Source: a bacterium
GTDB taxonomy: Bacteria > Zhuqueibacterota > Zhuqueibacteria > Oceanimicrobiales > Oceanimicrobiaceae
Length of the DNA stretch: 35,761 bases
Direction of reading: 5' to 3'
Assembly (NCBI GenBank): GCA_046757165.1
Contig: JBHHXT010000031.1
Location: 1-35,761 of the forward strand
A program made the position numbers and the translations under genes. Positions 30,048-35,761 of this stretch are shown one piece after another (the first letter of the stretch is position 1; the number at the start of each line of letters is the position of its first letter). The notes beneath the pieces are model-generated. The model was not told where the DNA came from. It ran no database searches and saw nothing but the letters and a program-made list of their open reading frames with translations.

Positions 30048-31793
30048 CTAATCGTGCAGACGATAAAGTGTGATGCCCCAATTGGCCGGGTCATAGGGTG
30101 GCGCATCATTCCACTCTTCAAATGAGTGCGAATCATCGGTCTCATAATACAAAACATACTCGCCGCGCTTCAAGAAAATCGTCCCGTCAAACACGCGATT
30201 TTTCCTGGCCCCGCCAGCATGCTCCGTCTGGCGAAACGTCATCTCCCAGACCGTCTGGCGTGTTTCAGCATCTTCGATCCAGCCGTAGTCATACATGTTT
30301 CCCGAGGAGCCCTCGCCGAGTGCGTAGACGCGAACTTCAGTATCTCGGTCGAGCGTGAACCTCTCCCGTTCACGGTCATAGTCGTGCAAGCCAACGATCT
30401 GTACGATGATTTTGCCATTCTCGCGCTCGTCCAGCTTCGTAACGTCACCGGGCTTGAATTTCGAATCATCTGCCAGGATCGTAATCCCCCAACTCTCCTG
30501 GTCGTACGGCGGGGCAGTATTCCAATCCCAGTAGGAGTGACTGCCATCGGTGACGCAATAGACGACATAATTGCCTTTCTGCAAACGAACAATCCCGTCA
30601 TGCAGCCGGTTTTTCTCACCACCGCCGGCGTGCTCGGTGTTGGCGTAATCCATTTGCCAGACTTTCTTGTGAGTCGTGGCATCGATAATCCAGGCATAGT
30701 CGAACATTTCGGTTCGCCGGCCCTCTCCGAGGGCATAGATGCGCAACGCAACATCCCGGTTGCACTTGAAAGGTTGCGAGTGAAACTCATTGTCCCGCAG
30801 GCGAGTGAATTTCACGATCACATGCCCTTGCTCGACCTCCTCGTAGTCAAAGTTCTTAACATACTTCTTGTCGGAAGGATTCTCTACTCTGAGCGTCAGG
30901 CCCCAAAAATAGGGGTCGTTGGGAGGCGCTGCATTCCAACGGTCCGCCGAATGTGAATCATCGGTGACGTAAATGGCGACATACTCCCCTTTCGGCAATG
31001 CCATCGTCTCGTTGACCATCCGGTTTTTGCGGGCACCGCCAGCGTATTGTGAGGAGCGATACTCGAATTTCCAGACTTTCTTGCGGCTGCGGGCATCGAG
31101 TATCCAGCCATAGTCAAACGTGCCATCGCGCCGGGCCTCTCCGAGGGCATAGATTTGAACCCGGGTCGGCCGCTCGAGCTTGAACCCTTGCCGCACATTC
31201 TCTTCATCGCGCATTTTGACCATCGAGATGAAGGCATTCTGCAAGAAAACCCTGCGCAGTTGCTCGATTTCCTCCCCCCGATACCTTCTGCCGTTTCCGC
31301 GTACGACGATCTTGAACTGATCCCAATCCTTCTGCAAATGGAGATCGGTCTCGTCTTCCTCTTCGCCGTCAAAAAACTCATCGAACCATTGCCGAAAAAA
31401 CCGCCCAAACCCTTCTCCGTCAAAGTGGTACGTGTAGGAAGAATAATAGACCTCGTACTCGCCTTCCGGCAGCGTGAGAACATCCTCATACTCGACCAGC
31501 CTGCGGCTCTTTTCGTGCGTATCCGCGTCTTCCATCTCCCAGACCAGGGCACGAGTCCGGGCATCCAGAATCCAGGCGCGCGTCAGGGCAAACCGGTGTC
31601 GCCGGCCCCTGCGAAAGCCGACAGCCTCGATCTCGACATCTTGTTCGGACTCGAGCCTGAACCCCTCGACCTTGATCTCCTGGGGTGAAATATGATCGAT
31701 CTCGCACAGAACACCCTGCGGGTAGACTCGAGAGATGAGCACAACGCTACCCAATACAAAGAGAGAGACAAAATACCCGGTCACTTTTCTCAA
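30048..31793 (-). CDS. Secreted/periplasmic protein of unknown function with four tandem ~110-120-aa repeats
   Basis: Start moved to TTG 31793 (AGGAG RBS), giving a signal peptide. Repeats 2-4 share YALGE..DY(G/A)WI.DA...VW..AGG..KNR..L.KG.Y..TD.SHS...WN..PP.D...WG; repeat 1 is degenerate. Confidence 0.85.
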   Translation of the reverse strand: MRKVTGYFVSLFVLGSVVLISRVYPQGVLCEIDHISPQEIKVEGFRLESEQDVEIEAVGFRRGRRHRFALTRAWILDARTRALVWEMEDADTHEKSRRLVEYEDVLTLPEGEYEVYYSSYTYHFDGEGFGRFFRQWFDEFFDGEEEDETDLHLQKDWDQFKIVVRGNGRRYRGEEIEQLRRVFLQNAFISMVKMRDEENVRQGFKLERPTRVQIYALGEARRDGTFDYGWILDARSRKKVWKFEYRSSQYAGGARKNRMVNETMALPKGEYVAIYVTDDSHSADRWNAAPPNDPYFWGLTLRVENPSDKKYVKNFDYEEVEQGHVIVKFTRLRDNEFHSQPFKCNRDVALRIYALGEGRRTEMFDYAWIIDATTHKKVWQMDYANTEHAGGGEKNRLHDGIVRLQKGNYVVYCVTDGSHSYWDWNTAPPYDQESWGITILADDSKFKPGDVTKLDERENGKIIVQIVGLHDYDRERERFTLDRDTEVRVYALGEGSSGNMYDYGWIEDAETRQTVWEMTFRQTEHAGGARKNRVFDGTIFLKRGEYVLYYETDDSHSFEEWNDAPPYDPANWGITLYRLHD

Positions 31794-31837
31794 ACTGGTC
31801 TCCTGACAAAATGGGTAAAGAGAGAATAGGAGAGGTA

Positions 31838-31862
31838 TACGACAACTCCTGCTTAAAGTTAC
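31838..31862 (-). promoter_or_regulatory. Putative ECF-type promoter for the repeat protein
   Basis: GTAAC (31862-31858), 16 nt, CGTA (31841-31838), matching the AAC-N16-CGT ECF pattern. Confidence 0.45.
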
Positions 31863-31928
31863 TCGACCAGCGATCCCGCTCAGAAAATAGTAACCAATCA
31901 CGGAGGATATCAACGAATTGGAATATTT

Positions 31929-32152
31929 TTGACAGGATAACAGGATTCTCGAGATGTACAGGATTTCATCTTCAAGAATTCTGTCATGTTAATCAATATG
32001 CTTGGATTTGGATTTATAGAATCGGTCTAAAATCAGTTCAGACTATTATCAAGGAATTTGAAGTACAGTCAGTTATGGTTGATTATTTAACGGCTACCGG
32101 AAAACCGTCTCAAACTTTGGGCCAATTCCTGTAAATCCTGTTATCCTGTCAA
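31929..32152. mobile_element. 224-bp AT-rich element with perfect 19-bp terminal inverted repeats made of ACAGGAT-type units
   Basis: TTGACAGGATAACAGGATT (31929-31947) and its exact reverse complement (32134-32152); further TACAGGA(T/A)T units inside both ends. Confidence 0.8.
31986..32124 (+). pseudogene. Internally deleted GxxExxY-family (PD-(D/E)XK-like) gene remnant
   Basis: Three family motifs in the correct order but different frames: LGFGFIESV-stop (32001-32030), LKSVQTIIKEFEVQ..VDYLTATGKP (32027-32107), NFGP (32113-32124). Confidence 0.75.
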
Positions 32153-32256
32153 GAAAAGAGTAATACCCTGTGACCGGTTACAGAAAATATGTCATAGTTT
32201 TGCAAGAAATGCAAGCGTTTTCCCGCAGCACGACAAGAAGCGAAAACTCTCAACCT

Positions 32257-32646
32257 TTATACACGCTTGAATTCGCCTGTTGGGTTTGGGCCGGACCTGT
32301 CGTTTCTCTGCGCCAGTTTCGCAGCGATCACATAGTACAGGATCAGGGCCGAGCCGCTCAGGATGAACATGGCGCTGATGGTCGCTTCTTCTCGAAACGA
32401 GTACGGCACAACCTGGCCAATCAGAATGGAGGCGCCTACTCCTATCAGCACCATGCCCCATTTCAGAGAAACCGGAGCGTACTCCAGGGACTGCCTTTGA
32501 AACAGATGTTTGACATGCTCGTCCACCATGCCCTTGTCGACGATCTTGCGGCGCAGGTTATTATCGGAGATCGTCTTGATCACTGCGAAGATGGAAAAGA
32601 AAATGGTCGGCACCACAACAAGTGGAATCAATACATCTTCAGACAT
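32257..32646 (-). CDS. Small membrane protein, DUF6249-like
   Basis: TM helix, RRKIVDKG, LKWGMVLIGVG, two further TM helices; divergent from an ECF sigma gene; AGGAG RBS. Confidence 0.7.
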   Translation of the reverse strand: MSEDVLIPLVVVPTIFFSIFAVIKTISDNNLRRKIVDKGMVDEHVKHLFQRQSLEYAPVSLKWGMVLIGVGASILIGQVVPYSFREEATISAMFILSGSALILYYVIAAKLAQRNDRSGPNPTGEFKRV

Positions 32647-32733
32647 GATTTTCTCCTTCAGATTTTGTGCATGTATGACTACCCGTGGTGAATTTGTAAT
32701 CTCTATTCTCCCGGTTCACCCGGTTATCGCATC

Positions 32734-32760
32734 AGACACACAACTTCTGCAAATGTTGCA
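32734..32760 (-). promoter_or_regulatory. ECF promoter facing the DUF6249-like gene
   Basis: TGCAAC (32760-32755), 16 nt, TGTCT (32738-32734); twin of the plus-strand site. Confidence 0.7.
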
Positions 32761-32782
32761 CACAATCGCAGGAAACAGAATA

Positions 32783-32809
32783 TGCAACATTCTCTCATCT
32801 CATCTGTCT
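32783..32809 (+). promoter_or_regulatory. Autoregulatory ECF promoter facing the sigma gene
   Basis: TGCAAC (32783-32788), 16 nt, TGTCT (32805-32809). Confidence 0.7.
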
Positions 32810-32829
32810 TTTGTTCTTTAGGGACCCTT

Positions 32830-33402
32830 ATGACAAACGACAGAGATCTCATCAAAAGAATCAAGTCCGGCGACCGCGACGCCTTTTACCCCCTGATCGA
32901 GGGCTATAAGCGGTTGGTCTATCATATCGTCTACCGCATGATGGCCAACGAAACCGACCGTGAAGATTTATGTCAGGACATCTTTATCAAGGTCTATGAG
33001 AATCTCGCCACATTTCAGCACGAATCCAGGCTCTCGACCTGGATTGCCAAAATCGCTTACAACACCTGCATCAATGCGTTGAGAAAGAAGAAAGTCCCTC
33101 TTTATGAAGACCATGCTGCCGACGGTGAGTCCATCGAAACGTGTCTTGGCGCGAGCGATTTGCCAGATGAAGTCACCGAAGAGCAGGATTTATCTGCACG
33201 GTTGCAAAGCGAAATCTGCAAACTGCCGGCCACATTCAGAACGATCTTGACCTTGTTCCATGTTGAAGAGATGAGTTATGCTGAAATTGCAGCAATCACG
33301 AACCTGCCCGATGGAACCGTCAAGAACACGCTTTTCCGGGCAAGGAGACTCTTAAAAGAAAGATTGCTCGACAAGTATCACCAGGAGGAATTATGGCACT
33401 GA
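32830..33402 (+). CDS. ECF RNA polymerase sigma factor (SigW-like)
   Basis: DRDLIKRIKSGD, EDLCQDIF, LSTWIAKIAYN, MSYAEIA, DGTVKNTLFRAR. Start moved to ATG 32830, downstream of the promoter. Confidence 0.92.
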   Translation: MTNDRDLIKRIKSGDRDAFYPLIEGYKRLVYHIVYRMMANETDREDLCQDIFIKVYENLATFQHESRLSTWIAKIAYNTCINALRKKKVPLYEDHAADGESIETCLGASDLPDEVTEEQDLSARLQSEICKLPATFRTILTLFHVEEMSYAEIAAITNLPDGTVKNTLFRARRLLKERLLDKYHQEELWH

Positions 33403-33890
33403 AACATATGAGTGACCAGGAAATTCAGGAATTGTTGGACAAAAGGAGCTCAAAGGACCATTCTGCATCCGCGGCGAGCCAGAAGATGACCGAAGAGACC
33501 CACAGGCAGTGGCAGCAATACCGCGCGCTGTATGACCTCCTGAGCCAGGAGCCTGACATGCACCTGTCACCCGGGTTTTCACGTGCGGTCATGGCCAGAC
33601 TTGCCGGGGAGGCGCGCACAACCAGCGCGGTTCAGCTCGGGCAAATTCTTCTGGCAATCGCCGGCCTTGTGATGGGTCTCGGGATCGCCGGCTATCTGAT
33701 GGGGATGAACACTCTGGCCAGCACCCTGGCGAGCGGTTCCAAGGTCCTGGATTCTCTGAGCACCTATGTTTCAGGCTTGAAGCTGGACTTCGAGCTTTTG
33801 AGCGCCGGAATCGCCATGCTCGTTCTGATGAGCGTCCTCGACCGTCTTTTTGCGCAATCCCGGGAACGATTGATTTCCTTCTTTCGGTAA
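33393..33890 (+). CDS. Putative membrane anti-sigma factor
   Basis: Overlaps the sigma stop; HMSDQEIQELLD N-terminus, LSPGFSRAVMARL linker, two TM helices. Confidence 0.72.
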   Translation: MALKHMSDQEIQELLDKRSSKDHSASAASQKMTEETHRQWQQYRALYDLLSQEPDMHLSPGFSRAVMARLAGEARTTSAVQLGQILLAIAGLVMGLGIAGYLMGMNTLASTLASGSKVLDSLSTYVSGLKLDFELLSAGIAMLVLMSVLDRLFAQSRERLISFFR

Positions 33891-34018
33891 CGCAGTCTTC
33901 GGAAGCGTAAAAATCTCTTGCAAAGTCCCCCAAAAGTGTTGTAAATTCACCCAACAGTCGACGCCCTCGCCTGCAGCTATCAACAGATTCAGCGCTCGTT
34001 CCAACGGAGGAGACGCAC

Positions 34019-34873
34019 GTGCCGGACATTATCCACTACGCCATCCCGGGCTTCATCATCCTGATGATAGTGGAATCCACCTTTAGCGCCATCCAGGATG
34101 CCCGGCTCTACGAGATCAAGGACACGGCCGCCAGCCTGGCCATGGGGATCGGCAACGTCATCATCAAACTGGTTGTCAAGGTGCCGATTCTTGCGGCTTA
34201 CCTGGTCATGTACGACCACCGGTTTTTTGAGCTCGGCCGCGGTTGGCAAAGCTGGCTGTTGCTCTTTTTCCTGGAAGACTTGACCTATTATGTGTTCCAT
34301 CGCGTGAGTCACAAATGCCGCTTCTTCTGGGCTTCCCATGTGAATCACCACTCGTCGCAAAAATACAATCTCTCCACCGCCCTGCGCCAGACATGGACCG
34401 GCGTGATGACCGGCTTTATCTTCTGGCTCTGGCTGCCGCTGCTCGGGTTTCACCCGCTTATGGTCATGACCATGCAGGCCATCAGCCTGCTGTACCAGTT
34501 TTGGATTCACACCGAGACGGTGCACAAAATGGGAGTACTGGAAGGGTTTATGAACACGCCCTCCCACCATCGTGTTCACCACGGCCGCAACATCAAATAT
34601 CTCGACCGCAACCATGGCGGCATCTTGATCATCTGGGACAAACTGTTCGGAACGTTTCAGCCAGAAGAAGAAAAGGTCGTGTACGGCCTGACCCACAACA
34701 TCAACACCTACAATCCCATCAGAATTGCGATGCATGAATGGCAGGCCATCTGGCAGGACATCAGGAAGCCAAATCCGCTCGCGGTTCGCCTGGCTTTCAT
34801 CTTTCGGGCGCCGGGCTGGAGCGCGGATAATTCTCGCAAGACGGTCAAACAGCTTCAAAAGGAGCTTTCATGA
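34019..34873 (+). CDS. Sterol desaturase/fatty-acid hydroxylase family protein (alkylglycerol monooxygenase-like)
   Basis: His boxes YYVFHRVSH, HVNHHSS, QFWIHT, TPSHHRVHH; IWDKLFGTF; GGAGG RBS before GTG. Confidence 0.92.
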   Translation: MPDIIHYAIPGFIILMIVESTFSAIQDARLYEIKDTAASLAMGIGNVIIKLVVKVPILAAYLVMYDHRFFELGRGWQSWLLLFFLEDLTYYVFHRVSHKCRFFWASHVNHHSSQKYNLSTALRQTWTGVMTGFIFWLWLPLLGFHPLMVMTMQAISLLYQFWIHTETVHKMGVLEGFMNTPSHHRVHHGRNIKYLDRNHGGILIIWDKLFGTFQPEEEKVVYGLTHNINTYNPIRIAMHEWQAIWQDIRKPNPLAVRLAFIFRAPGWSADNSRKTVKQLQKELS

Positions 34874-35761
34874 CGCCTGCACGAGTACTTGGACTCGTCA
34901 AGGACATTCTTCAGTACCCGCTGTTCACGGTGAGCGAGACGACCGTGACCTTGACGTCTCTGTTCCTGATCGTCGCCCTGATGGTGGGGTTCATCTTCAT
35001 GTCGCGACTTCTGAGCAAGTCCGTGCTCACCCGCGTGCTTGCCAGAACCAAGCTGGATGAAGGCATCCAGTACACGTTTACACGATTTGCACATTACCTG
35101 ATCCTGACCTTTGGCGCGATTATCTCGTTTCAAATCATCGGAATCGATCTGAGCGGTCTGGTCGTGCTCTTTGGCTTCCTCTCTGTCGGCATCGGTTTCG
35201 GGCTGCAAAACATCACCTCCAATTTTATCTCTGGCCTGATTCTGCTTCTGGAGCGCCCGATCAAAGTCGGAGATCGCGTCATGGTCGGTGACACCGAGGG
35301 CGATGTGGAGGAAATTCGTATGCGCGCCACTGTGGTCAGAACGCCTAACAACGTGTCCATCATCGTGCCCAACAGTGAGTTCATTTCGGGGCATGTCGTC
35401 AACTGGTCCCACTTCGATCCGAAAGTGCGCCTCGATATCCGCGTCGGCGTGGCCTACGATTCTGATCTCGACCTCGTGCTCGGCGCGCTGCATGAGGTCG
35501 CCAGAGAAGAAAGCGCGGTCCTGGATACCCCCGAGCCAGAGGTGCTGTTGCTGGAATTCGGGGATTCGTCCTGGAATATGGAATTACGTGTGTGGATCGA
35601 TGACCCCAAACGTCACTGGCACGTGCGCTCGGCGGTCAACTGCGCCATTGTGACAAAGTTTCGTGAAAACAACATTGAAATTCCTTTTCCGCAACAGGAT
35701 GTGCACGTGCGGTCGCCATTACCGGTCCCGGTTGTCAACGACCACAAAGAGGCCAAAAATT
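34870..35761 (+). CDS. Small-conductance mechanosensitive channel (MscS family), running off the window end; not in the ORF track
   Basis: ATG 34870 (ATGA overlap) opens MTPARVLGLVKD..., with GIGFGLQNITSNFISGLILLLERPIKVGD, IIVPNSEF, VGVAYDSD, IEIPFPQQD; no stop before the edge. Confidence 0.93.
   Translation, partial: MTPARVLGLVKDILQYPLFTVSETTVTLTSLFLIVALMVGFIFMSRLLSKSVLTRVLARTKLDEGIQYTFTRFAHYLILTFGAIISFQIIGIDLSGLVVLFGFLSVGIGFGLQNITSNFISGLILLLERPIKVGDRVMVGDTEGDVEEIRMRATVVRTPNNVSIIVPNSEFISGHVVNWSHFDPKVRLDIRVGVAYDSDLDLVLGALHEVAREESAVLDTPEPEVLLLEFGDSSWNMELRVWIDDPKRHWHVRSAVNCAIVTKFRENNIEIPFPQQDVHVRSPLPVPVVNDHKEAKN

Noticed and set aside
31794..31913. N-terminal 40 aa of the 621-aa ORF
   Set aside because: TTG 31793 has an AGGAG RBS and gives a normal signal peptide; the extension overlaps a putative promoter.
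31811..32134. 107-aa plus-strand ORF as a real gene
   Set aside because: It crosses a promoter region and the repeat array; only its C-terminal part is meaningful, as a GxxExxY fragment.
32186..32214. Minus-strand TTGCAT-N17-CATATT promoter reading through the GxxExxY remnant
   Set aside because: Weak -10 match about 400 nt from the next start; not supportable without TSS data.

Overview
Chromosomal backbone of a moderately GC-rich Gram-negative bacterium. The PorX/PglZ regulator next to tsaE, the orphan EutN pair and the DUF6249-ECF arrangement suggest an FCB-group lineage such as KSB1/Calditrichota; this is an inference. From 151 to 32646 essentially all genes are on the minus strand: a MASE3-PAS-GAF hybrid histidine kinase; an archease-rtcB-ligA-ytxH-DUF948 operon; eutN-eutN-rdgB-tRNA-Pro; an ECF sigma/anti-sigma/HtrA-like unit; holA; an NSS transporter with a 35-aa MetS-type subunit missed by the ORF track; uppP; an outer-membrane beta-barrel; phasin-like, LpoA-like and glmS genes; porX-tsaE-tsaB-rimI-accD-surE-guaA; a secreted four-repeat protein; and a DUF6249-like protein. 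The plus strand then carries a second ECF/anti-sigma pair, a sterol-desaturase-family gene and an MscS channel that runs off the end. Most notable observations: (1) the HtrA homologue in the ECF operon has lost all three catalytic-triad residues; (2) a 224-bp element with perfect 19-bp inverted ends contains a collapsed GxxExxY nuclease-family gene; (3) a dispersed heptamer/GNA-hairpin repeat occurs twice, once between an NSS transporter and its small subunit; (4) an RNA-ligase/DNA-ligase operon appears to be leaderless; (5) twin divergent ECF promoters can be read directly from the sequence. No CRISPR array, intact transposase, integrase or prophage was seen. All family assignments are from motif recognition, not database searches.
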